From assembly GCA_019058445.1 (NCBI GenBank), contig JAHPZA010000006.1, positions 352,001-416,000 on the forward strand: a stretch of DNA of 64,000 bases. The letters are read 5' to 3'. The notes under the pieces are model-generated. The model worked only from the letters and a program-made list of their open reading frames with translations, was not told where the DNA came from and searched no databases. This DNA comes from Promethearchaeota archaeon. GTDB lineage: Archaea; Asgardarchaeota; Lokiarchaeia; Sigyniarchaeales; SOKP01. This document shows, in pieces, positions 30,064 through 40,030 of this stretch (the stretch's first letter is position 1; the number at the start of each line of letters is the position of its first letter). Made by a program: the position numbers and the translations under genes.

Positions 30064-30843
30064 TTAATAGTTTACTCCAAAAAGCTGTTCATAACATTTA
30101 CAGCATGGTATTCCAAATTCAATATTACGATGAAACATATCATCGAAATCATTTGACTCATCAATCAAGTATAATAAAGTATCTTTTAATCTTATTGATT
30201 CTTCATTTCTGCTATAAAAAAACTTTTTTAAATAATTAAAGTGTAATTTACGCTTGCACACGGGGCAGATTGAGAAAAAATCGATAAAATTTTTGAAATT
30301 CTCATCATATTCTGGGAGGAATATAGCGAACTCCTTAATAGAAATTTTATCCAATTTTTTTATTAACTTTTTAAAAATTGTTTCACGATTATAATTATCT
30401 TTTGAAGTATAAAATATGCCATCTAACTGGTAAGTTTTAATAATTTTATTTATCTCACGAACAGTTACCTCCCTTTTTAAATCACTTTTAGTGCCAATCA
30501 AGATAATTGGGATTGTTCCGGCTACTTTCCTTATCGTAGTTATCCAATAATGCAATTCCTCAAATGATTTTCTATCAGATACATCAAAACAGAGAAGAGC
30601 TCCTTTTGCGCCTCGACAAAAACTAGGATATAAACATTTGAATTGCTCCATAACTTTAAAATCCCATAATTGGAGGAGGTAAGAATCCTCATCGTTGACG
30701 AGACAGTCGATTAGTTTAAAAGAAACCCCTATATGGAAAAATTCTTCATCATTGAAAGGAAAATAGGTGCCATTTATAAACGTTGTTTTCCCGGCGCCTG
30801 ATGCGCCACCCATGATTATTTTGAATATACATGACTTAGCCGT
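30064..30843 (-). CDS. Divergent Rab-like GTPase with C-terminal zinc-binding domain, paralogue 2 (probable ACG start)
   Basis: GASGAGKTT, WDFKVME, GTKSD; CPVC...H...PCCKC. The beta-1 strand (KSCIFKII) lies upstream of the ORF-track ATG. Confidence 0.78.
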   Translation of the reverse strand, partial: TAKSCIFKIIMGGASGAGKTTFINGTYFPFNDEEFFHIGVSFKLIDCLVNDEDSYLLQLWDFKVMEQFKCLYPSFCRGAKGALLCFDVSDRKSFEELHYWITTIRKVAGTIPIILIGTKSDLKREVTVREINKIIKTYQLDGIFYTSKDNYNRETIFKKLIKKLDKISIKEFAIFLPEYDENFKNFIDFFSICPVCKRKLHFNYLKKFFYSRNEESIRLKDTLLYLIDESNDFDDMFHRNIEFGIPCCKCYEQLFGVNY

Positions 30844-31004
30844 TTAAATGCACCATCTAACCTTACCTAATAAATACAATTGATTATAATACTAAAAATT
30901 TTTGATTTAAAAAATATTTGGTAACAAAAAATCATAAATAATAGTCGTTATTTAACAAAATCTAATCAAATATTGTTCAATTATCTTTATAATTATTTTG
31001 GATT

Positions 31005-31385
31005 TTATTTGATTTCATAAAGATTTCCATAGGTATCTTTAATAAATAAATAATAACCATTCCCATCTTTTCGGGGAACCTTTATAGTAGGATATCCCAT
31101 AGATAATGCTTTATTTAAGAATTCATCACGATCTTCCACCACTAAGCACACATGAGTAAAAATATCTTTAGATTTTGAAGTATTATCAGTAATAAAAACC
31201 TCGAAGCTTACTTCATCGTTTTCATATCTAATGATTTTTTGTTCTTTTTTTACGTCAAAGAATTGCTCCATTAAATCCGCAGAAACATTGAATGATCGAG
31301 TTTTTCTTAAGTCTAATAAATTGACGAAAAAATCGTCACTACTTACCTCTGAATTTGAAGCTACAGCAATATGTTCAACTTTCAT
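31005..31385 (-). CDS. VOC/glyoxalase family protein
   Basis: VEHIAVAS, THVCLVV, LFIKDTYGNLYEI. Confidence 0.85.
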   Translation of the reverse strand: MKVEHIAVASNSEVSSDDFFVNLLDLRKTRSFNVSADLMEQFFDVKKEQKIIRYENDEVSFEVFITDNTSKSKDIFTHVCLVVEDRDEFLNKALSMGYPTIKVPRKDGNGYYLFIKDTYGNLYEIK

Positions 31386-31513
31386 ATTTTTACCACAAAT
31401 ATTATTTTTTTATATATCAAAATTTAATGTCTTAATTAAATAATAGTCAATATTATTTTAAAAGTAAGAAATAGAATATCAAATTAAATTAAATGAAGTG
31501 AGAATTAAAAATT

Positions 31514-31873
31514 ATGGAAAAAGAAGATAAATTAAGATATATTTCAGGGATTCTATTAATCATTTCTGCCATCACGCATAATGTCCAGTTATTCGTTTAT
31601 GGATTTGCTTGGCATCAAATTACCGCCGCGTTATATGGAGCTAGTTATGCTGTTCTTGGAATTTTACTCCTTAAATTCAAGGACAATAAAATCATACTCT
31701 TAATATGCATAATTATCCCTGCGATTGGTGGTACTCTTGGAGTTCTCAGATTTATAACAATACTTACAGAAGAAAGTGTTGTAAATTATTTTATTATATT
31801 CCATGTTATTGTCGATATTATTGTGGTGCCCAGTTGTATTTACTTATATTTACAACTACGAGAAAAAGAATAA
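31514..31873 (+). CDS. Four-TM hypothetical membrane protein
   Basis: Four hydrophobic segments. Confidence 0.7.
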   Translation: MEKEDKLRYISGILLIISAITHNVQLFVYGFAWHQITAALYGASYAVLGILLLKFKDNKIILLICIIIPAIGGTLGVLRFITILTEESVVNYFIIFHVIVDIIVVPSCIYLYLQLREKE

Positions 31874-32003
31874 AAGAGTAAATTATTCATTTTTTTTTCA
31901 TCTTGTTTTCTAAAATTTTGGGAAAAATCTCAAAATATTTTTGTTTTAGAAAACTATGTAATATTATCCTTTTAAACAGAAATAATATCTTTAAAGTGAT
32001 TAG

Positions 32004-33194
32004 ATGTCAGATTATTACTCTAAATTAATTGAACTGGAAAAAGCCCATCATACGAAGTTATTTAGTAAACGAGACTTCGTTATTACTAAAGGAAGTGGGG
32101 CTCTTTTATATGATGGAAAGGGGAATGAATATATTGATTGCGTGGCGGGACATGCGGTATTGAATATCGGTCATAGTCATCCTAAATTTATTGCGGCTAT
32201 AAAAAAACAGCTTGAAAATGTCGTTATGGTGCCACCTGGATTTCCCGTAGAAGAAAGAGCTAAATTATTAGAAAACTTGGCAGAAATAACTCCGAAGCCA
32301 CTAACACAGTCATTTTTATGCAATAGTGGTACGGAATCAATTGAAACTGCCTTAAAAGTAATTTTAGCGGTAAATAGAGAGAAATCAAATCCAGAAATCA
32401 TCGCGTTTAAAAGAGATTTTCATGGGAGGACCTTAGGATCATTAGCAATGACCCATAATATGAAATATCGTAAACCATTCTTATCATGGTTATCTCCTAA
32501 TGTGAAATTCGCTTCCCACGGAAATATTCAATCTGTAAGGGAATTAGTAAATGAGAACACTGTTGCCATATTTTGTGAACTCATTCAAGGAGAAGGAGGT
32601 ATTCATTTAGTTCCTGATGATTTTCCAAAAGCCTTAAGAGAATTATGCGATGAAAAGGATCTGATTTTAGTAATAGATGAAGTTCAAACTGGATTTGGAA
32701 GAACAGGAAAGATGTTTTCCTTCGAACATTATAATATCATTCCAGATATCATTTGCGTAGCAAAGGCGATAGCTGGGGGATTACCTATGGGAGCCACGAT
32801 TGCTTCAGAAGATTTATATAATAAATTTCAAGAAGGTGAACACGGGACTACTTTTGGAGGGAATCCTATAGTATGCGCTGCGGCAAATGCGGTTATTGAC
32901 ATAATTAAAGAAGAACGATTAATAGATAATTCAGCATTACAAGGGGAAAAGATATTAAAAGATTTAAATACTCTGGCTGAAGAAAGTAACCTCATTAGAA
33001 CTGTAAGAGGAAAGGGCTTAATGATAGGGGTAGAATATAAGAAAAAAGTCAAAGAATTGATTAAAAAGGCTGAAGAAATGTATGTTCTAGTATTGAATGC
33101 TGGTTTAACAGTGATACGACTTCTTCCTCCGTTGGTTATAAATGACAGTCAAGTGGCAAAAGTTTTAGATGTTATGCATAAGATCTCGGAATAA
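32004..33194 (+). CDS. Class III aminotransferase (acetylornithine/[LysW]-aminoadipate semialdehyde transaminase, ArgD/LysJ-like)
   Basis: NSGTESIETALK, FHGRT, ELIQGEGG, DEVQTGFGRTG, AKAIAGG, HGTTFGGNP. Confidence 0.88.
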   Translation: MSDYYSKLIELEKAHHTKLFSKRDFVITKGSGALLYDGKGNEYIDCVAGHAVLNIGHSHPKFIAAIKKQLENVVMVPPGFPVEERAKLLENLAEITPKPLTQSFLCNSGTESIETALKVILAVNREKSNPEIIAFKRDFHGRTLGSLAMTHNMKYRKPFLSWLSPNVKFASHGNIQSVRELVNENTVAIFCELIQGEGGIHLVPDDFPKALRELCDEKDLILVIDEVQTGFGRTGKMFSFEHYNIIPDIICVAKAIAGGLPMGATIASEDLYNKFQEGEHGTTFGGNPIVCAAANAVIDIIKEERLIDNSALQGEKILKDLNTLAEESNLIRTVRGKGLMIGVEYKKKVKELIKKAEEMYVLVLNAGLTVIRLLPPLVINDSQVAKVLDVMHKISE

Positions 33195-33316
33195 CTATGA
33201 ATTAGGCTTAAGCAATATTTAAATTATTAACTCTTTTATTGAAAATTTAAAACCAACCATAACCTATTATTTAATTATTAAAAGAAAAAATGATCCAATT
33301 TTAGCGGTTAACTCTA

Positions 33317-34186
33317 ATGACAAATGTTACTGAAAAAGAATTTGTAGAGAAGTTATTAAACACTATCCGTAAACTCACATCTATAGCAAATAATCAGGGA
33401 GCCAGATTTAGAACTAAATGGAACGAGTATTTAAAAGATATCAATGATAATCCACATTCAGTCCGCCAAATAAAGCTAGATAAAGAAAAATTCATTGATG
33501 ACATTAATTATCGAATACAAATATTAAAAGAAATAGAGAATGCTTTTGCAGATGGATATCATAGTATAAAAAATTTATTGGAAACATTGTATAATTCATA
33601 TTTTAACAACTCTGAGTTATTTAATAAAGATTTTTCCAAAGCAGACCAACTTATGTTAAAATACTATGTTGCAAGAGAAATCTTGGGCAATTTAGTTCAA
33701 TATAATCAAATGGATCATGAAACTGTTCCCCTTAAATACAATGTGATAGCCAGAAATTATTTATTAATTAAACTTAAAGGCCAGAATGATTCAGAAATTC
33801 TTGAAAATCTGAAAAAATTGAAAATTGACATTAATATGACTCAATTACATGAGATTATGGATGAAATTATAGCTGATGGGATTATAACCAAATCACAAAA
33901 AGGCGACCATTTATTCTACGAATTAAAACAAGAATTACAATTATCAGATAAAGGTATAGAAACTTTTAATAGAAATTTACGTTCCCTAGTTGATTGGCCC
34001 ACTCAATTTTGGAGGAGTTTTTATAATATAAGAGAATTAAATGTTACGGTTGAAGATAATATTCCTAACCAAGATTTCTTGCATAAAGTCTTAAGTAGGA
34101 CAGCCACTCAGGGTTTTCCTGCAGCAGATTATGTTATTAAAAACTTAATAAAATATTATGAGGAAATTAAGAAAGATTTAAACTAA
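33317..34186 (+). CDS. Hypothetical helical protein, possible wHTH in the second half
   Basis: 289-aa ORF; QLHEIMDEIIADGIITK...FYEL resembles a wHTH wing. Confidence 0.6.
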   Translation: MTNVTEKEFVEKLLNTIRKLTSIANNQGARFRTKWNEYLKDINDNPHSVRQIKLDKEKFIDDINYRIQILKEIENAFADGYHSIKNLLETLYNSYFNNSELFNKDFSKADQLMLKYYVAREILGNLVQYNQMDHETVPLKYNVIARNYLLIKLKGQNDSEILENLKKLKIDINMTQLHEIMDEIIADGIITKSQKGDHLFYELKQELQLSDKGIETFNRNLRSLVDWPTQFWRSFYNIRELNVTVEDNIPNQDFLHKVLSRTATQGFPAADYVIKNLIKYYEEIKKDLN

Positions 34187-35073
34187 AGTTCTTTTGTTTT
34201 TTTAATGGGAATATCAAATTCTTCTAATATTGGGATAAGATGCGCCTTGTCAGCAGAATTCGTCCCTTTCCAATCTATTACAAAATACTCTACTTCTTCC
34301 AAATTCTTAGTAATCATTTGCTCAACCATTTCATACGTTAAGGTTTGGATAAAATACTTAGGGCAAATATAAGAGAAAGCTACATTCTTGTTTATTAATG
34401 ACTTTCTGAACTGAGGCCCATAATGCGTACCTCCAAATCCGATACAAATCCTTTGGGATTTTTCTTCCTGAAATTGTAGATATTTAATTATTGTATTAAT
34501 TATGGACTTGGCTACTATTTGACCACCTTCATCGATAATCCATTCTTCCTCACTACTCCCTAACTCCATAAACACTAAAGGTTTTTTTAACAGAGTTGGA
34601 CCGTGGTGGGTTACTTCAATATCAAATGAAAATTCCGCGAGTTGTGAAGATTTTTCCTGCTCAATTAATGATAAAAAGCCTGCTTTTAATAATAATGCGC
34701 TTGCGTAAGAAAGTTCTCGGGGATTTCCTCCAAAATCTGCTTTATCTGTCCAATTTCCCGTTGTATGGATTAAAAATGCTGGCCGAGCAGCTTCTGATCT
34801 ATGACGACTCGCAAAAATAAGTAAATCCGGATTGATATCCGTCTCACTTAATCTCAAATCATTTAAATATATCAATGGATCATCTGTTAAACCCAAATAT
34901 ACTTGAACATTTTCTAAAGGAATGCCATTTTGAGCATTAGACTCTAACTGAAAAAGAGGTTTTTCATGCCATTTTGATTTAATTTCCTTAAATTGAAATA
35001 AATGTAAAAATTTATCTCGGATATTCATGGAAGCTTTATCTTCAGTGGAAGTTATAATCAAAAATTGCGGTAT
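34183..35073 (-). CDS. dtdA: D-aminoacyl-tRNA deacylase (archaeal DTD2)
   Basis: DKASMNI, FASRH.S, HTTGN, EVTHHGPT, FMELGSSEEEW, GFGGTHY, CPKY, IDWKG. Start is ATA 35073 (AGGTGA 7 nt upstream) or TTG 35061. Confidence 0.9.
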   Translation of the reverse strand: MPQFLIITSTEDKASMNIRDKFLHLFQFKEIKSKWHEKPLFQLESNAQNGIPLENVQVYLGLTDDPLIYLNDLRLSETDINPDLLIFASRHRSEAARPAFLIHTTGNWTDKADFGGNPRELSYASALLLKAGFLSLIEQEKSSQLAEFSFDIEVTHHGPTLLKKPLVFMELGSSEEEWIIDEGGQIVAKSIINTIIKYLQFQEEKSQRICIGFGGTHYGPQFRKSLINKNVAFSYICPKYFIQTLTYEMVEQMITKNLEEVEYFVIDWKGTNSADKAHLIPILEEFDIPIKKTKEL

Positions 35074-35349
35074 TTATTATTCACCTAGTAATATTCTATT
35101 TTTTTGAACAAATTTGATTAAATCTAAATATAAGTCACAAAATCATTAAAATTCTAAATGGATTTTCATTTTCAAAATTTTATCGACAAAAATGAAGACA
35201 ATTAAATAAACAAATTTCTTTTCTTATTACGAAATTCAAATGGTTAAATAGGTGTTCTTGAAATTAAAGAAAAAAAGGATAAACATGAAATGTTTTTGAG
35301 CTTTATTGCACCATTTACTCATGGTTGAAAAGCTGTATTTTTTCAAACA

Positions 35350-35451
35350 ATGGCAGAAAAAAAAGAAATTTCCTCAATAAAAAATGATTATGAAGTTAAG
35401 CATAAAAGAAAAGATAAAAAGAAAGAAAAGCTGATACCAATTCCGATGTGA
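35350..35451 (+). CDS. Possible 33-aa basic peptide MAEKKEISSIKNDYEVKHKRKDKKKEKLIPIPM
   Basis: ATG-TGA ORF with purine-rich, coding-like composition; below the ORF-track threshold. Confidence 0.25.
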   Translation: MAEKKEISSIKNDYEVKHKRKDKKKEKLIPIPM

Positions 35452-35577
35452 TATATCATCATCAAATCATAAATACAATTCAAATTTTTAGCTTAATTTT
35501 ATATCAAACATAACAAAAAAATTAAAAAGAATCAGATAGATTTAAGGTTATATACAACACCTATATAATATAATTCA

Positions 35578-36543
35578 ATGGAACTTAGTCTAATCATAAT
35601 CATACTACTTGCTCTAATTTTTAGTTTTTTATTTTTTATTGAAGATTTTATCCCTGGGATTCGGTTTAAATTAAATAAATCTTTTATTGCTGGAATCTCA
35701 ATAGCCTACTTCTTTCTCATCCTTTTACCCGAGATAGCTGAAGGATTGCCCGAATTTCCATTTGATCTCAAAATTTTTGAGTATTTATTTATATTAATCG
35801 GTTTTATTTTTATACATGTATCAGAAAAATTGATTCTGCAGAAGGTGGAATCAAAATCTCAAAAAAGAGTACGCAAATTAATAAAAATGGAACAAAATTT
35901 AGAACTGGTAGGGGAAAATATAGAAAATATCTTAAATAAGGAATTAAAACAAGAAAAATTAGATGAAGATGCTCTTAAAGCTCTCGGAGAGACAATAACA
36001 GAATTAAAAGATCAAGAAGAGGAAATAAAAATAGAAATAGAGCAAAAAAAAAAGAAAATACAAATGAAAATTGAAAGAGATTTAAAAGAGATACGTTTTT
36101 TTACTGATTATATCTATCATTTTATCGTAGGGATTATCCTGATTGCTCTTTTAATCATAGATTTATTATCAGGTATACTGTTTTTTATTTTTGCTTTTTT
36201 CAGACTTATTATTACCAGAAGTTCAGAATTTAGTAAAGAAATATTTTCCGATTTAGGTATTGAGATAAAGTACGAGGAATCAGGTACTATACGTTTTGTT
36301 CTAGCTTCATCCGTACTTGTAGGGGTGATAATTGGTACATTATTCGAACTTTTTTTCCCAGTTAATATCGAATTAATATATATTTTATATTCTTTTATTT
36401 CCGGGGTTATACTTTATACAATCGTAAGAGAAGTAATCCCAGAAAAAGAAAAAGGAAATCCCATTTATTTCTTAATTGGAGTAGTTGGATTTACCGTGAT
36501 TATCTTTATTATCCGGATTTTTACTACTTTAATTACCATATAA
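35578..36543 (+). CDS. ZIP-like membrane protein with large cytoplasmic coiled coil
   Basis: FIAGISIAYFFLILLPEI (ZIP TM2-like), FISGVILYTIVREVIPE (ZIP TM7-like), ~90-aa charged loop. Confidence 0.65.
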   Translation: MELSLIIIILLALIFSFLFFIEDFIPGIRFKLNKSFIAGISIAYFFLILLPEIAEGLPEFPFDLKIFEYLFILIGFIFIHVSEKLILQKVESKSQKRVRKLIKMEQNLELVGENIENILNKELKQEKLDEDALKALGETITELKDQEEEIKIEIEQKKKKIQMKIERDLKEIRFFTDYIYHFIVGIILIALLIIDLLSGILFFIFAFFRLIITRSSEFSKEIFSDLGIEIKYEESGTIRFVLASSVLVGVIIGTLFELFFPVNIELIYILYSFISGVILYTIVREVIPEKEKGNPIYFLIGVVGFTVIIFIIRIFTTLITI

Positions 36544-36686
36544 GGAAGAAAATAAAATGAATATTTTTATAATTCTCAACAGTGAAATAATATTGTTGAT
36601 TAAAAATAATTTTTCTAATATTAAATGCGTTTATGATGTCTCATTATAATTTGCTTGTCAACTAGTTCAAATGGGGTTATAACACT

Positions 36687-37115
36687 ATGGTTAAAGTGAT
36701 ACAAGATCTTTGGATTTTAACTGATGGGGGTATTGTACTTTTTAACAGAGTTTATGACCCAAAAGTTTGTGCTCAACTCTTTGGAGCATTAATGACAGCA
36801 TTAGATTCGTATTCTAAAGAAGTTGGAATCGGACCAGGAGGGATAGATAGTTTTGAAATACAAAATATACGTTTTACCATTACCAGAAGTGGAAATCTTC
36901 TTTTTATTGCAAATTCTTCAAAAAAATTTAAACAAAAAAAAATTTTAAATGAATTAAATATAATCTCTGAACGATTTTTCAACAAATACTCTGAAATTCT
37001 TGATAATTTTGATAATTGGAATATGGAAATCAGTGTTTTCTCGGACTTTGAAGAATACATCAAGGATCAATTAGAGAATCCCGTAAAACAATTCTGGACA
37101 GGGATGGCAAGGTAA
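36687..37115 (+). CDS. Longin/roadblock-like protein (Asgard type)
   Basis: IQDLWILTDGGIVLFNR...QLFGALMTAL...LLFIA...LNIISERFFNKY pattern. Confidence 0.7.
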   Translation: MVKVIQDLWILTDGGIVLFNRVYDPKVCAQLFGALMTALDSYSKEVGIGPGGIDSFEIQNIRFTITRSGNLLFIANSSKKFKQKKILNELNIISERFFNKYSEILDNFDNWNMEISVFSDFEEYIKDQLENPVKQFWTGMAR

Positions 37116-37494
37116 TAATATCATAATAAAGGATTGAAAAAATAAGAAATAAATAAAAAAAAGAATTTCAATTTTTTTTTGAATTGAATAATTAATTTGT
37201 TGAGACAGTTTTAAAATTTGGAATAAATTAAATACTCAATTTTTTTCGGTTTGCTTCTATATGGTCCAGCATTAGAGAAAAGTATACTTTATTAGATGTA
37301 TAGACATATATCATAGGATTAAAAAAAATTAGTTAATAAAGGATTTAATATTAAACATGAATTAAAATAAATTAAAAATTTCATATAGTCAGTCATTTTT
37401 TATTTTCAATTAAATAGTTTATCTTATATAAGTAATTTATGTAAGAATTAACACTTACAATCTAACCCATCCCATTTTAAAGCTTATACTTGAA

Positions 37495-39726
37495 ATGCAT
37501 TCAATAAAAAACTTAATGAAATATGGATCTCAGATTGGTATTACAAATTTGATTAATCTCAAACCAAAATCTAGTACTAAAAATGAGCTTACTCTAAAAC
37601 TTAATGAACTTCGGATTTCAGATTGGATTAACGAACTAATACAAGATGAAAGATTTCAAAAGATTAAAGAAGAGCTTATAGCTATCAAGAAAAATGTTAG
37701 GAAATTAGATTTCCAGGAAAGAATCGAAGAACTAAGATCTCTTATACGTAAAACATTGAAATTTAATTATACTAATTTGGATTATATAGATATTACTGGA
37801 ATCAATTTGTATGACCCAAAATATGTTCTTCTAAAATATAAATATGGTCAAATAAAATTTAAGCGGGAATTTGAAAGAGATGTCATACATTCAGCAAAAA
37901 CTAGTGATATATTAAATGAGATATCTGATAAATATTATAATGGAGATGAATTACTTATTGCTTTTTTGCCTGATGGAAGAATCCTCCCATTAGAAGAAAT
38001 TCATCATGTGTGGTTAAAAAAAGCTGGATATTTTGTAGACTCATTCATCTTTATTGCTCCTCAAAAATATGTTGGTGAACTAGCACCATTACTTGATCAA
38101 ATCAGTGAGACTAGATTAAAGTTTGAGCTTGATAGATTTTTAAATAAAATAACATATGCTTTAAATAATATATCTTTCAAGGAACTAGTGTATTCAGAGG
38201 ATGGAACATTAAGAACTCGAATATTAGAGATTCAAAAAAGCAAAGTACTAATTAAGGAGGATGAAGGAAATCGATCTTATACTAAGAAGAAGTTATATGG
38301 ATCTTATGCTTTATCGGTTTTATTTGGAATGAATGAAGCATTTCTAAAAACGACAATAGACAGAATACATATAGGTTCTCAAATGGGAATTACTGAAGAT
38401 AGTCTATTCTTGATTAAATCTGAATTATACTACAAAATATTTCAGATTGAAGATAAAATTGAAGATTTTCTTCAAGAAATTGACAATGCCGTAAATGATT
38501 ATTTAAAAGCAATTTATAATTCTCAATATAGTGAGAATCCAATGTACTTTACTATTCTTGAACTAAGTGCAAGCTTGAGAAATCTTCTATATAAAGCTGA
38601 ATTAATTAGTACACCTACCTATGAAGGATTGGGTGAATTAAATTTAGAGAGCAGAATGTTAAATAATTTGCGTTCTATAGTTTCAAAACATAAATCAAAA
38701 AAAAATGAAAATGTAATCACTAATTTATGGATAGAATTATATGCTGAATTAATAGATAAATATGGTGATATATTAAGATCTAAAAATTTAATTAATGTCT
38801 TCAATTTCGCCTTTGAGAATTTATTTAATGAAATTCAAACAGAAATTATTCCTTTTTACGCCGAAAATACTATTCGTGGTGAATTTATAAAAGAAATATT
38901 AAAAATTTTTCCAGATAATATGTTTATTTCGAGTGGATCACTTTCTTATATCTTATTTAAAGATAAATTATATCTAAATAGAAAATTCTTAATTGAAGAA
39001 AGAATAAATCTGGCTGTAGACAGTGTCATTTACGAAAGAATTGAAGAAAACATATTAGAGTTAGAATTAGGTGATTTTAATTTCTTCATAACTCTCCTAT
39101 CTGAAGATCAATTAAGATTCATGAAAAAAAAAATTATTGAGACTATAAATGTTTTTAAGAGATTTTACTCTGGAGATAAGACATCTATTAAAGAAGAATT
39201 TACAAAGAAAATATTCGAACAACTTTTTAACAACCCTAATTCACCTTATAGAGATATTGAAGTAGTATCTGCTTGGCCTGATTGGCTCATTGGTCCTAAT
39301 GGTCGCGGACTTGAGTTAGATGGTTTAGTTGAGGAAGCTGATTTTGCTTTTGAAATGAATGGACCATATCATAACAATCCTAAACTAATTTCGAAAATGT
39401 TTAATATTCCACTTGCAGAAGCAAAAAAGAAGGTTCAAGCTGTTCAAGAAAAAGATCAAATAAAAATTGATGAGTGCAAAATTCGAGGAATAAGGCTTCT
39501 TATCTTAGATTATAATATGGACTTTGAAGAAATTGTCGAAATCTGTTGTAAATTCTATGCAGATTTATTAAATAATAGAAATATAGATGAGAAAATAGAT
39601 TGGAGAGATTTCCATATAGATTGGAAAAAAATTCTAGAAGATATAAAGAAAAAAAGAATGGAAAATTTAATCTGGAGATTTAATATCAGAAATAAATTAG
39701 ATGATTCTGAAGTTCTCCAAAGGTAA
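37495..39726 (+). CDS. Large protein with C-terminal Vsr-like/PD-(D/E)xK endonuclease domain
   Basis: KEEFTKKIFEQLF...LELDGL....FAFEMNGPYH...KDQIKIDECKIRGIRLLILDY; same nuclease type as 2535-4049. Confidence 0.7.
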   Translation: MHSIKNLMKYGSQIGITNLINLKPKSSTKNELTLKLNELRISDWINELIQDERFQKIKEELIAIKKNVRKLDFQERIEELRSLIRKTLKFNYTNLDYIDITGINLYDPKYVLLKYKYGQIKFKREFERDVIHSAKTSDILNEISDKYYNGDELLIAFLPDGRILPLEEIHHVWLKKAGYFVDSFIFIAPQKYVGELAPLLDQISETRLKFELDRFLNKITYALNNISFKELVYSEDGTLRTRILEIQKSKVLIKEDEGNRSYTKKKLYGSYALSVLFGMNEAFLKTTIDRIHIGSQMGITEDSLFLIKSELYYKIFQIEDKIEDFLQEIDNAVNDYLKAIYNSQYSENPMYFTILELSASLRNLLYKAELISTPTYEGLGELNLESRMLNNLRSIVSKHKSKKNENVITNLWIELYAELIDKYGDILRSKNLINVFNFAFENLFNEIQTEIIPFYAENTIRGEFIKEILKIFPDNMFISSGSLSYILFKDKLYLNRKFLIEERINLAVDSVIYERIEENILELELGDFNFFITLLSEDQLRFMKKKIIETINVFKRFYSGDKTSIKEEFTKKIFEQLFNNPNSPYRDIEVVSAWPDWLIGPNGRGLELDGLVEEADFAFEMNGPYHNNPKLISKMFNIPLAEAKKKVQAVQEKDQIKIDECKIRGIRLLILDYNMDFEEIVEICCKFYADLLNNRNIDEKIDWRDFHIDWKKILEDIKKKRMENLIWRFNIRNKLDDSEVLQR

Positions 39727-40030
39727 ATTCAGCATCTGATTTCAATTAAAATTCCTTTGAAATTATTTGAATCAAAAGTTGATATAATACCTTATAATTT
39801 ACCAATAAAGAAAATGTCATGTGATATTTTAAAAGTAGAAAAGGAGATGGCAATTCTAAATAAAATTATGAAGAAAGCAAAATTTTATTTCAATATATGG
39901 ACATTGAATCCAATTTCCTTGGGATTAATTTGAAACCAAAAATTGGACAATCTTTTAAATCATCAGAAATAATCTATGATAAGGTTATTAATCCAAATTA
40001 AAGGATATAAGATTTTTAAGGGGAATTTTT

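Noticed and set aside
39727-39933. Open frame continuing after the TAA of the 743-aa nuclease
   Set aside because: TAA is not a recoding codon, the nuclease domain is already complete, and the extension has no recognisable features.
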